A DNA stretch of 64,000 bases from Trichoplax sp. H2 (taxonomy: Eukaryota), in contig NOWV01000120.1 in NCBI GenBank assembly GCA_003344405.1, positions 1-64,000 on the forward strand. Reading direction: 5' to 3'. Within the stretch, counting starts at the first letter, position 1; each line of letters opens with the position of its first letter. Below, in pieces: positions 27,083 to 40,800 of this stretch. The position numbers and the translations under genes are program-made. The notes beneath the pieces were generated by a model. That model was not told the origin of the DNA. It made no database searches and worked only from the letters and a program-made list of their open reading frames with translations.

Positions 27083-29229
27083 ATGAAGAAGTTAGTTAGC
27101 GTTATCCTATTGATTACGGTTGGACTTGTAATCTTAATCGATGCTGCTCCACCACGATTACCGGTGAAAGCCGATAAAGTTAAAGAAGTGCCTAAAGAAG
27201 ATGTCACCAATATCGAGAAAACCAAGATAGATGTTGGCGTTGATAAATCCGTACAACTCGATTCAAAGATGGCTCATGATCAACAAAACATGGATCAACA
27301 CAAGACTGATCAACGAAACATGGATCAACACAAGACTGATCAACAGAATACTGATCATCAAGAGCCAGAAGAAAATTATGACGATACCTTCCAATTTCTA
27401 AGAGATCAACCGGATTTAATCAACAAGTTCAAAGGTTTAGATGATGATGTTATTGGTCGAGATTTAGCTAATCCTGCTTTCCGCGATCTCGATGAGAAAA
27501 TGCTGGATAGATTCGATGACCAAGAATATGATCAAGTCCGTCATCAACGTGATTTAGAACACCAAATTCAGGAAGCTAACGAACGCGAAGAACATCCAGA
27601 ATCATTTCGCCTGCATCATAGTGATGATAATAGGTACACTATGGAAGAACTGAACGAAAAACTACAGGAGGTAAGTTGATTGCAGATATCTTCAACCGGT
27701 TGTAAATTTCAGTGGTCACTTTAGCTACGTTGACTCTTCTCCAATTAATTATTCACACCGGACACCATTCCTTGTACTATATGTTGGTACTGTATCGTCT
27801 TAATCGAAAGACTAAATTATAATTTCGCTATACAGGCAAACAAAAAATTACGTGAAACTGATGATGTAAGACACAAGGCATTCCTTCGATATGAATTAGA
27901 AAAGGAGTTATTAAGAAAGAAAGAACTAGAGAAAATGAATCCGGACCAAAAGAAAGTTGCCGAAGACAATTATGCAAAGCATTTGCGGGATATGCAAGAT
28001 CATCCTAAATTGCATCATCCGGTATGATATCATCCTACCAATTAAAGAATAAATTTTAGACAATGTAGTCAGTAATGTTGTTAGTCCTCGCGACTACTAA
28101 GAGCATTAATAGACGCTGTTCTAACTTAAACGATATACTTAATGCCTATTTGCTCTAACTCATTATCTTATATTAATATTTTAAACCACCTACTTTACAT
28201 ACAGGGTAGCAAAGAACAACTACAGGAAGTGTGGGAAAAAGAAGATGGCTTCCAAAATCAAGAATTCAACCCTGATGCATTTTTTAGACTTCATGGTAAA
28301 TAGCTATATATGCGCACCAAGTATTGTTTACACCTTGCACAAAATAGTGGATAAATTAATTACAAATAACCCATGTCCATTTCATCCTTTCAAAGATGCC
28401 TTGATATAAATATATCTAGTTAGGAAATAAGTGTATTGCGTGGATACGACTACATAACTAGTAGAAAATCTCAGCCCTCTCTAATCAACACTTTTCGACA
28501 TTTTAGATACGAACGGTGACGGACATTTAGATAACGTCGAATTAGAAGCCGTTCTCCGAAAAGAGGTTAGGCATCGTCTTGGTACTAATCTGAGTTCTGA
28601 TGCTCAATTTATAATTGTTTCAAATCTTCTGAAATCTGATGATTTGTTAAATTAGGTTTCCAAATTAGTTGGTAATCATAAAGATGCATATGATGAAAGA
28701 GAATTAAAAGAAGAATTACAACGTATGAGGCAACATGTATCTACTGAGGTATCTAAGTAAACTATCTTTAGTAGTCTTCGTGCATAGGCATTTTAGCAAT
28801 TTACATGTTATGTTTTCAAGAAGAATTTACAGCATTCCCTATAACAGTATGTGTGAAAGATAATATAATAAGTGTATTTGCTTTGGATATAGATCGATGT
28901 GAACAAAGACGGCTTAGTCTCGTTGGACGAATTTATCAAATCTACTAAGAAAGCGGAATTTAAAAAAGATGAAGGTTGGGAAACATTTAACGAAGACAAG
29001 GATTTTGAAAGAATGACCCCGGAGGAGTTAGAGGTAAATATTAAAATATGCTATTAATTACTTTATAGGAATTTTTGAGGGGCAAGTCTCAGTTGCGAAA
29101 TTTTTTTAAGTAAAACATTTTTGATAACCTAAATTTTAGCGATATGAAAGAAAAGTTAGAGATGCTGCCCGTAACCAATTCGACAAAATAAAAATCCGTA
29201 CCGGTGAAGAAACGGATCCTCGCCGATAA
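27083..29229 (+). CDS. NUCB: Nucleobindin-like secretory EF-hand protein, paralogue A (7 coding exons)
   Basis: Signal peptide MKKLVSVILLITVGLVILIDA; spliced HPKLHHP|GSKEQLQEVWEKEDG..FNPDAFFRLH|DTNGDGHLDNVELEA..RMRQHVSTE|IDVNKDGLVSLDEFIK..EGWETF matches the NUCB1/2 core. Exons ~27083-27670, 27836-28021, 28205-28295, 28507-28565, 28656-28748, 28893-29033, 29140-29229. Confidence 0.88.
27278..27361 (+). repeat. In-frame 30-bp tandem repeat (DQQNMDQHKT x ~2.8) in nucleobindin A
   Basis: gatcaacaaaacatggatcaacacaagact / gatcaacgaaacatggatcaacacaagact / gatcaacagaatactgatcat. Confidence 0.9.
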
Positions 29230-31254
29230 TTTTAAATCAACATTTACTAAGTTTCATCATTGCACGCTAAAAATTTTTTACATACTACCAAGCTATGACA
29301 GAATATTGTCCCTCACATACAAAATATCCTAAAATAACATTATGATATTTTGCTAAATTGCGTTCTGCTTTTTGCAAATACTGTAATAAGCTACGGTCTG
29401 TTATTATGCCATGCCCGTGCAATGTAAAAGGTATTATTTACGAGAAGCGCATCTAATTTTTATCTCACTGTGTACTAAGGATTACACCTGACGTTGGTTT
29501 ATAATTATATATCTGTAATTTTGAAGCGTTCATAATTTGAACATTGTATCATTTTACTACATCCTTTTAACTGTATTCTCTTTGGCCATCCTTAGAAATT
29601 AAGTAATAATCGTGAGCTAAGTGATTAGTGTTACTGTAGGATACTCGTTCGCGTATTCGAAATAAAGGCCAGATTGTACTGATGCGAAAGTCATTACAAT
29701 TGCACTTTGGGTAATTCACAATTCAGACCACTATCTGTCGGTAGCTTTAAGAATTCTCTCAATTATAATGTATATGCACTGGTACTGTATGTTGCTTTAA
29801 ATTGGAGTTATAAAAGTTTGACAGCGTTTAGTACAATTACAAGAAATGCGGGTATATTGCTGAAATGGTCACCAAAATGCAGCTCCTCTTTGATTTCAAT
29901 AGCCTAAAATTGTTATTTCGGTATTACTGATTTTACACGGTATATCCACTTATCCATGGATAAAAGCATTTTTTTATGGTATCCATTACAATTTCCGTCT
30001 TAGTTCAAATTTCAAAATGAATTACTCGAAAGTCTTTTAACTTTTGGAATGCTGAATTGTATAGCATTGAAAGTAAGTATGTACGGATATGTTGATTGGC
30101 TAAATTGACTTTCCCATCGACGCTTATCACATTTGGTAGCTCATACGCGTATAAGTTGATTTCTAATTCTAAGTTTAAGCTGAAAATACAATAAGCGCAT
30201 TTGACTTATTTACATTTATAGAGTCAGCCCTTAAAGCCATTTTTCTTGCTCTCTCATTTAATTAACGGCAACCTTATTATTATCAGCTTAACTATCACAT
30301 AATAGTGTGAGCTAAATATAACCGATCCTCAAGATTGAGTATGCGATATACAGCACTCGTACATGTGTAAAAAATAAACTACGAGCAAAAAATTTGTCGC
30401 AAAATTATGCATAGATACGTGATATAAGACGCTTTAATGTATGTCAACTGCATTACAGCTAAGAATAATGTTAGTAATAGGGATGACGTATTTTTAGTAC
30501 TTGAACTTCAGTTCTAGACTGCCAATAAAATTAATAAGTACTACAATGTATGCATATTTAATTAATTATTGAGGCTTTTGATAGAACTTAGTTATTACAA
30601 AGTTCGATGTAATAAGCAATTCGTGTAAGATCTAATAAAGCCGATTACATTACCAACAGGTTGCCTTATTATACATAAATCCGGATAGATCGTGAGCTAA
30701 GAAATAATAAGAATTTAAGACATTGGTTTACGATAATGATAATAATTAGAATTATGTTATTAAAATAGTTGTCAAGGGCAATTTGATGCCGTCGTTCTAC
30801 TAGTTATCGATCAATCATTATACACGTTTGCAATTGGATCAACAAGAAGAATAAAATATAACAATTGCTTATACGCCTACAAATAGAAACTATTCATGAA
30901 AGCGATCACCATGATAAAACAATGAACCGGAGGTGGAATGATGTTATTGCAGTGATTTTGTTCTTAGAACTGACGTATTGCTTTGTCTTAAAAATAATGA
31001 ATTCAGTTCGGCTAGAGGATTTAATAGTATAGCCACACAGTGTCTAGCAGCAAAGAATACATAATAATACATTTTATTATATGTTCTTTAATCATGATGC
31101 TAGCATTAATTAAAAAGCAAGGTACAAATATCTAGTAACAGACAGTTGCATATACGAGTATTACTATAACAAATAGTACGGAAAGTTTAGTAATATCATA
31201 GAATAGTACCGTAAAACTCTTTGGCAGTATTGGAAAGTTAAATTTCTAACTAAG

Positions 31255-34200
31255 ATGAAAATTGCAACATTTCTTTTAATTAATGCTATATTTCTTGTAC
31301 TGCCTCTACTAATTGAGTCACGACCACCAGCTAATAGGACTCAAAAGGTAGAACAACTTGCAGTTCAAGAGACGGCCAAATTGTTAAAAGAAGATAAAGA
31401 GCTAAGGGAAAAGATTAAATCGAACAAGAATGAAGATCTTGGTAAAGATGGTAAAATTAATCCCAATTTACAAGAGCTTAGTAGAAAAATGATAGATAGA
31501 TTCGATGATCTTGAACAAGAAAAGATACGTGAACAAAGAAAATTACAAAATCAACTACGAAAAGCTGAGAAGCAACAAGAGAATCCAAATGTACCATTCC
31601 AGAATACGGATGGTGAGGATCCACATGAAGTAATTGAGAGAATCAAAGAAAGATTGGGAGAGGTTAGTGGGTAAATTTAAAAAGTGAGGAAATTGTTTTA
31701 ATCATTTAAATTCAAATGATGAAGAAATAAACTATAAATTTCTTGCTGTCTCAAAGTTATGGCAACTATTTTAGTACTTATGACATCGTAGTTCATAATT
31801 TTCTACCGATAAATAAGTGTGTAATACTATATTATAAGAAGCAAAGAGAAGGACTCATAAAAGGATAAAAGTCTATATAATAGCTTTTCCCAATTTGGCA
31901 GTAATAAATCGTATCATAGTAGTTCAATTGACAGCTTATTAAGATCCGTATATTTATTCAGTTTAGTAAGCTTTTAACATTTTCAGCTTTCTTCAAATCA
32001 ACTTTCTTTAAATCAACTCTCTTATTATTTAATCTTTAAAAATAAGGTAACAGGTACTTAATTAGTGCATAATAGGGCGTGAATAAGATTAAATTTTAAG
32101 TACCGTATTAAATAAAATGAATTGGCAACATTAAGCTAGTTTTGTACATATTTATGACTTGTCTCGTTAAAACTTTTTGCTACATCTTAGTAAATATAAT
32201 ATAATTTTAGAGTTTATGAGGGATATTTTTGATATTATTTTTGTGTGTAAACTTAAATACTCTTTAGTTTAGATTAATTTATATCACAATATTTCACCAA
32301 AATATGATTGATTGGTTTTAATATGATAAACTTACGATAAAGTTGGTAGGCATTAATAAATATTACTACACTTTTATTAAATTATCATTTATCTAATTTC
32401 AAGATCGCTGAAGGAATACGATTAGTTGAAGATGCCAAACATCAGGAGTTCATGCGGTATGAATACGAGAAATTGTTACTTGAAAAAAAAAATATAGAAG
32501 AAATGGTTAAAGAGCAATCGGAAGCTGCTGAAGATGACAAAAGTGGACACAGCAATTCTGAGGAAAAGGCGAAACTTCATCATCCGGTGATTATTCCTAT
32601 CGCGTATATTTTCTATATTAATATAGAAAGTTTCCACTTTTCTTTACCTATCTAACTGGCCATTCTTTTGTTAAAATTTGAAATATTGTCATGGCGATAA
32701 GATGTCCTATTTCTCACTGTATTATTGCATTTTTACTTATAGTGATAGCATTTAAAGTTATAATTTTTATTACAACAGGGAAGTAAAGCTCAACTACAAG
32801 ATGTTTGGGAAAAAGACGATGGCTTTAGTCAAGGAGATTTTTCACCTAGATCATTCTTCGCTGCTCATGGTAAGAGACCGTTGTAATTGCTTACGGGAGT
32901 ATGTTCTATATTTCTCGTAAATAAAAATTAAGTAATTACCCTGTTGAAAATTTAGAACTTATGATATATTTTTCTAAACATATTCGCTATCGTTACGCCC
33001 AATTTTACACTGAGTCATTCATCAAGCGGTATGATATTTTATGGTGTGAAGTCTCACTATGTCTATCTTTCCCGTATAGATTTAAATGGTGATGGACAAT
33101 TAGATTTTGCGGAGTTAGACGCAATCATGCAACGAGAGGTATTATATATTAGTCATTCATGGTATTGTTATTAACCGTATTATTGTTGCGAATGAATCTA
33201 AAGCAACTTATTTTTAAAACTTTTAAAAAATATTACTCTATCTATAATCTAGTTATAAATCTAGCTATTTCCTGTTATACGTGCACACTATTCATAATGT
33301 GATAGTATAATTACAATTAATTGTATAAGTTGAAGGACTTTTTTATAAATATTTTCGATAATGACTCGTATAATTGCTATATGGAATTCATATAAACACA
33401 TACTTTATAACCACATATATATTGGTATATGAATATATAAATCGCAGTTCTTCATATCAGAGTCTATTACAACAATATATTTAAATTACGTTACAGTCGT
33501 TATGTGGTCTATAAATATATCAAAAAATGACTTTAAGCTTATTTTTCAGTCATAAATTTACTTTTCGGAGACTATAACGACTGTTAATAATTAGTTTTTT
33601 AAAGACGTATACAACGGATAAGAATTTAATTTATACAATAGAATGGATTAATTTATAAATTAATCAGATTGAGTTAAGTGTATATATAATATACTCAATC
33701 AGGAAAATTGTGAGTCAGTGATAAATTATTGTACAGTGGGTACAGTACCAAACACATGTATTATACGTGAAATATAACGAGCGAGGCATCTACTAGTAAT
33801 ATGTAATAATTGATATTTAAAAAGCACTAAATGATTATACACGTGCCACATGTTACGTTCAGATTAATTATTTTAATGTGCTAAAAAGGAATGAAGCATC
33901 GGAATAGTATTGTACTTCCTTAAGTTCAGGTAGTTCAGTGAAGGACCATTAGTCTTTCAACAAATGCTGTGCATTTTCTATGCATCTATCGCAAGTTATA
34001 CCATTTGGTGTATATTATATTTGCTGTGTAAATTTAAATACTGTAAATTGTATTATTTATGTAGAGCCATAAGCTTACCAAGAATGATGGTAGCAATGAT
34101 GAAGTGAAAATGAGAAAAATTACAACCGGAATGCGCAATCACTTTGTCCGAGAGGTACCTTAATTATTATCGTCATGAATTAAAGACTGTAATTGTTTAC

Positions 34201-35315
34201 ATGGTCAAAACAATAAATTTCTACGTAATCAGGAATTTTATGATAGCTAGATTTATAGCACCAGTTTTATAGTTTGGTGCTTAATATAGATAGGTTCACT
34301 TTTTATTCACAAAGAGAAAAGTGGCATGGTTTATTATTGTGACTAGCTAGTCAAATAATATTACGATGTGAAATTGTTATCTATACGCACAACTTTATTG
34401 TTTTAGTTAAGCATGTAATTACTATCCAATTCGCATTTATAGCTTAAATGTGTATCTTGCTTACGTTCCATGTAAGCACATTAATCTACATAATGCCATG
34501 TTAGGCTAAGGTGCGGCATTGGGCAGTATTACATTTCAATTGCACACATAGATATATATAGTGATATTATAATTAATATACATAAAATACATAGAGAGAG
34601 ATTTTAAGGGTATTATTTGCGATAGAAATAATAACTAAAAGTTTATGTAGAGTTTATAATTGTAAATCGGAAATAAAGAATATTGATAATAAAGCAATAT
34701 TCCGATTTAGAAATGGCTGTTAAGATGAGATTTCAGTAAAATTGATAAGTTCGGTGAACTTCAGTACGGCCTGCGAAGGCATAGTATCGTTCAGCATGAC
34801 AGTAACTTCAATATTTCCGTTATGTTAACTAGATCGACACCAATAAAGATGCTTTAATCTCGTTGGATGAGTTTATTAAAGCTAGTGAATCGAAAGAATT
34901 CGAACACGATGAAGGATGGGACCCAGAGCGAGAGGATAATGAACATATGGATCCCGAAGAATTTATGGTAATAAAGTATAGTATACGCGTATATTCGAGC
35001 ATTGATGTGTTAACATTCTCGTATATACGACTATAGCGATGTAAAAATTGTGGAGTTGACTGAGCTGATTAATTAAAATTATGAATATACGAATATCATC
35101 AGCAACTTGCAGGATAAATTAATTTATTGCACATTGTCATGTCATAGATCATAAGTTAATGATCGTTTTTATGTATCAGAAAACTATATCAAGAGATTTC
35201 TCAAAGATCTATTTCACTCTATTATTGATCAATTTAGAGATACGAACAGAGAATTCGCGAGGCTGCGCACTTTGACATGGAAGACCCAGAAAACCGTGAA
35301 TTTTTAAGGATGTAG
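31255..35315 (+). CDS. NUCB: Nucleobindin-like protein, paralogue B (7 coding exons, same intron positions as A, longer introns)
   Basis: Signal peptide; AKLHHP|GSKAQLQDVWEKDDG..FFAAH|DLNGDGQLDFAELDA..|IDTNKDALISLDEFIK..EGWD. Exons ~31255-31662, 32404-32586, 32779-32869, 33080-33138, 34065-34154, 34833-34967, 35238-35315. Confidence 0.85.
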
Positions 35316-36655
35316 TTGTATTTTAATATCTTTCTCAACAATTATTGTATGTGATATGAAGATAATTGCTGGACGTTTTCAGTTATTATCATCAGTCCAA
35401 TTCAAACGGATTTATTTATTCCACTAGGCGTGTCTACATGATTTCATTCCCTTATTAGGAAGAAGTTGTTCTAGTAATAATGATCACTTGGCATACTGGA
35501 TATTGTAACAGTATTTTGTATCCCGATGAAATTATCTATTTAATTTTCAGTGTGCTCAACGTCAATAATATATTTATATCAAATAAAATATTACATACAC
35601 AAGAGATGGTAATAAACATATTTACTGATCTACAGGTGGTATAAATGGATCCATAGGCTACAGTGATATAATGTGATCGTTTTACCGATGTACTTTGTGT
35701 ATCCCTACATCAAATGCCCAAATTATTAAGTCCTGGTCATCCTACCCGCATAAAGTGGCGGTATCAATCATTATGTTCTGCGCAGTACTGTATTGAAGAG
35801 ATATTATTAGGTAGTACTTCGAAACCTAGTTAGGTCAGGTCAAAATTAAGCTAATACAGACGTTCAGGTTCCACTTTAATCTCCAATTTTTTCTCTATTG
35901 GACGATAAAATTATTCATTTAAATTGCATAGTATTGACTGTCAAAACATGAATATTGTATTCCTGTTTGACCCAATGGAAGTAAATACAGTACAATGGTT
36001 TCCAATTTCGATACAATGTCCAGTGTTGACTGGTATTTTAAAGTAGTTAATAACTCAGAATGATCGTTATTGAACAATATGCTGTAGCAATTTGTCACTC
36101 TGACCATCTTATATCTTAGTTTTCTTTTATACCCGCTTTGGGAGCACTTGATATGTTGGAAGATAGAAAGTAATGGAATAATTTGCACGACACGGCGTGC
36201 TGGGCAATCGCGTTGTTTGATTCCTGAGCTAATGACTACTTACGCAGAACACTCGTACAAGCGCAGTAGTACCGTGTAGCGGCTTATTATTCTATTACGT
36301 TTACCATTATTTTTTTCTTAGCATTCCCTCTATGCTTTTACTCAATATTTTATGAGGACATCAGTGGCGATCCATCTTTCCAACTGGCTTCGAAGATAAG
36401 AACTAGGGTGATCTCAGTATCAGGTCAACTGATATCCTGTAGCAGATTATCACTATCGGCCACATTTCAATATCAATGCGAAATACATGCCTAGTTAAAA
36501 TGTCCAAAGTCTCAGAACCGTCTATTCTAGTACATTTTAAAGTGCACATCGTAGTTTTTTCTTCCTTTTTTCAATTGGAAATCATACGGGCTTAAAGGCC
36601 AGTAGCCTTACTTCAAACTATCAGTTTGCCTTCGAGACACTTGAACCCTTTCTAG

Positions 36656-36712
36656 AGGTCATAAAGACAAGGAGGTCATACAGGCAAGGAGGTCATCCAG
36701 CCATCCAGGTCA
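36656..36712 (+). repeat. 17-bp minisatellite, each unit starting with AGGTCA (4 half-sites)
   Basis: AGGTCA at 36656, 36673, 36690 and 36707, an exact 17-bp period. Confidence 0.8.
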
Positions 36713-36934
36713 CCTCAATACAGAGGGTTTCACAAGGGGCATTTGCTGCATTGTCAAATGATGAAGCAAATACAGTACTATCTACAGTCTACTGTACACT
36801 GTACTCTGGGATGGTGGTGACAAGTACTGTATTTCTCGAGTGCTTGTAGCGCCATGCCATCACGCTCCAGCCTGGTGACCTTTCTAGTCAGTGTCGTCAT
36901 CGACCATAGAAAGAAACGTTTCGAACCAGCACCA

Positions 36935-37273
36935 CAAACGGCTTGAATTCCCTGAGGCAGGGTGAACTCTTCACCGTACAGTACTATACACTGTACAGTA
37001 GGATCCAGTATGATTGATAGCCTACAGTACAGTAGTGGCGATCGTACCGACTGTGAATGACCTGTTAATGGATGAACATTGTTCGCACACAGTCATACTG
37101 CAAACGACTTGAATTCCCTGAGGCAGAGTGAACTCTTCACCGTACAGTACAGTGCGCTACAGTACTATACACTGTACAGTAGGATCCAGCATGATTGATA
37201 GCCTAGTGGCGATCGTACCGACTGTGAATGACCTGTTAATGGGTGAACATTGTTCGCACATAGTCATACTGCA
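36935..37273. repeat. Recent ~166-bp tandem duplication upstream of the AdipoR gene
   Basis: CAAACG[G/A]CTTGAATTCCCTGAGGCAG...AGTCATACTGCA at 36935-37100 and 37101-37273. Confidence 0.93.
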
Positions 37274-37834
37274 GTTATTGCCAATTTGGTAAAATTTGGG
37301 GGGGCCGTAGATGTTTATTTTCACCTTGACACCTAGGGCAGCGTTGGAAGGAAAAGATTTCAACATTTTGCATATTGGTGTAGATAGTAATCACTTGGTG
37401 TAGGCGAACGACTTTATTTGCAAATTAATTTGCAAACATTGCATTCAATCAGCATCGATCTCTACCTGGCTTGACGACGAGTACTCAGTGAGTCGAGACA
37501 AAGAACTTCTTTTTGCGATCAATGATAAAAATTGGACATAATTTCATCATTGTACGTTCCATGTCCTACAAACTGTAGTTTCATTCTAGTTGCTTTAATT
37601 AACTTCAATCAGAGTCATCACTTGCATGACAAGATACGCGTATCCAAATTCAATTTAGGCTATAAATTGATGAATTCATAGTCAACTTCGCATTGGTATA
37701 TCGGATTTTAGCAGTTTTCAAGCGCGCTGGTTATTCAATTGACTTTACTCTGCAATAATTCACCACGACAATTGAAAGACGATTGTGCATTAACATTTAC
37801 AGTACAGCACAGTAAATTATCTGAAGCAACGACT

Positions 37835-40800
37835 ATGTTCGACTTGAAGCAGAATGGAAACGAAAACATCACAGAAACGAATGCAAAGGCAGCAGTGGAA
37901 GCCAGTCTAGAAAAGGTAGCTGATAAATTATCGTAACGCTTTTCGTATGAGTCATTGAAGATTTTTTTTTTTCCTCCTCCCTCCCCCTTTATGCTGATAC
38001 TAATTACCTTATTTATGCTATGTATAGTAATTCAGTTGATAATGATTGTATAATGGTAGTCATTGGCTAACTATTATACCCATTCTAATTATGTATCACT
38101 GGCGACTTGCAAAGCGAATAGATTCTACCGATCTGCTCTCGTTGAACTACTTAAGTAGGCGTGCTGAATTTTTATAGGAGCTATATCGGCTATTGCACTT
38201 GGTAATTGCAATTAGATTTTGCAATGTTTTATGTCCAACTAGAATTGATAAACAAACGTAGAGCCAACACGATCACTTTGATATTACAGTATCGCGATAG
38301 TTGTTCGTCTAGCATGCTCTTTCATTGCATTTATTTGATCGCTTCGTTGCCGCAATAACCAACGATACATTTGCTGCAACATGTTTGCAATGGGATGTAA
38401 AGTACAGTACTGTACAGTACGAAGCCTTCATTTTAAAGCTATTAATAGTAAACACCACTTAAGTAAATTGCAAATATTTTTATTTATTTATATCGACACT
38501 GCATAGCTGCTGTCTTTTATCGGCGTGTCCATTAGTGAATAGTATGATGCTCTTCGACGATTTCAATTGAGGTCGTTTGCTGCTTGTTAAATTATACTAA
38601 ATTAGAATTACATCCATTGAACATCTCCAAATTTAATCCTCATTAGGTAGCTCCGGATCAGTATAGTCGACTCTTACATACAGTACAGTAGTTCTACGGC
38701 CATATAGATCCCATACTGAGTCAAACTAAAACACAAATACTTGGCTTATGGTATTACTACAGTGACAGTTACAAATAACAATGTAAACTAAAAAGCTAAA
38801 AAGTACAAGTACAGTATCACCAGTGAGGGATCGACTAGTATGCATATAATGCGATGCCTAATCTACTGTAGTCATTCAATGTCTTAACCAATTCTTCTTA
38901 TTAAATGCAAGAAAGTTATGTTATTATTAGTTTTTAATCCTGCCTATTCGGTAGCATATTTTGATATCATCCCCATGAATTAATTAGAGTTAAATAAATA
39001 AATGGATAAACATACAGTGACTTCGATTGCAGGTCGTCTAGTAAAGCAGTATCACTACGGAACCCAAATTCCTGAGCAAGCATTGCAGTATAAAATTTTA
39101 AGCAGTAATAATATGGCTGTAAATTTGTTTTTCATGCTAATAGTGCAGCTAGCTATGCAAGTAGTTGTGTAAATTTTTATAATTATATAAATATAATTAT
39201 GTATGCGAAAGCAGCTAAACAATTCATAAGCCACTTTGAGATGTTAATTTTTGTGTGACGGTAAACTAAATTAAAGCATCTTCTCATTTATAGGGAAATA
39301 ATGATGAATCTTCAAAAATACCTGAAGTTAGATACTCAACCTATTATAACGGAAAAAAGGTCAACGTTTATAGGTACATTTTCCGTATTCTAATTAGTTC
39401 AAGTAATTGCGATTATACTCGTAAATGGTGTCGAGCTACCTGTACCACTGTGATATATTGAAATCTTATAAACCTTACGATGGCATAGTAGCTCGTTAGT
39501 CTATGGTGAGCGCAGTCCGTACATATACGCGTATATTATAGGCCTAACCCAAAAGTAATGACCTAAAAGCTATATATTATAGATTTGGTAATAACTCAGC
39601 TGTTAAGGAAATGGGCTTCCTTATCCATTTTCCTTAAACATTTATAAGTTACCAAGTGAACCACAAATGTCCATTACTATATTCCTTTCAATTATAAGTA
39701 TATAGAATTGACACAATTCAATGGTCATACAGTTTTTAGACACTAAATAAATATAACATAATATAGACAGATATACTGTACTCGGTTAGCGAACTTTAGA
39801 TACCTATGCGTATACTCGTATAGTAAAATTTCTCACAATAGAACTATACTTGTTGTGAAGCGATTAATATCTAGTGCAACACGATCACTTCACTGCACTA
39901 TTTAAGCAAGTAAAAATTTTGACTGCATTTACTCTTACCCTGTGCAGCAAGTTATTGTATCGAATTTGATATCCATGCAGTGCTACTGAAGTTGATAAGG
40001 TTTTATTTAGATTCTTTCTGGCCAATAATCACATGATGATTATGAGTATACGTACTGTAGTTAGTCAACATTTGAACTTGGCTGCAATGACTGATTTTCT
40101 AAAAATGGACGAACGAATTAATTAGCTTGATATGCATTACAATAATTTCCAACGTAATGTTGAATATATTTTATATTTGTAAAGTAGTCAGCTAAACCAA
40201 CTAGGGCTATATGCAAGTACTGCATGATATGGTGTCGCTTAGTATCAATTCGAATACAATATTTTACTGTATAGCAGAGTTAGGTACTGTATATTATCGT
40301 AAATTGGCTGTTTGCGGGGATTGCAGAGCTGAAGGGATATGGATTTTTTTGCATCAATGCAATGTAGTATCTTGCAAATCACTTGTGTGGGAAATAGACC
40401 GTAGCTTATTTTCTTCCACTTTCAAGTGTCGTTGTTATATGCTGAAATAGTACTACTTTAATTTATTCCGCTGTATTTAGAGTATTTATTGAAGGTTCAA
40501 TTGCCATATCGGACTAATACAGTAGTATACTGTACAGTAGTACAGTACATAGTTAATATATCAATATACAGTACAGTATATTGTACTGTACGTACAGTAC
40601 TCCCAACTGTAATCCTTTCAGGTTGCAAATTCATTCATTCAGTAATTAATTAATTTAATTTAATTTAATTCATTTAATTTGAACTATGAACGTGCTTAAG
40701 TAGATCTTGGAATCAGAATAGAGTACAGTTAGTGTTACTAACGAAAGAGACTATCTTTCTCTCTACAGACTAAAAATTAGGAAACTTGCTGATCTTTCCA

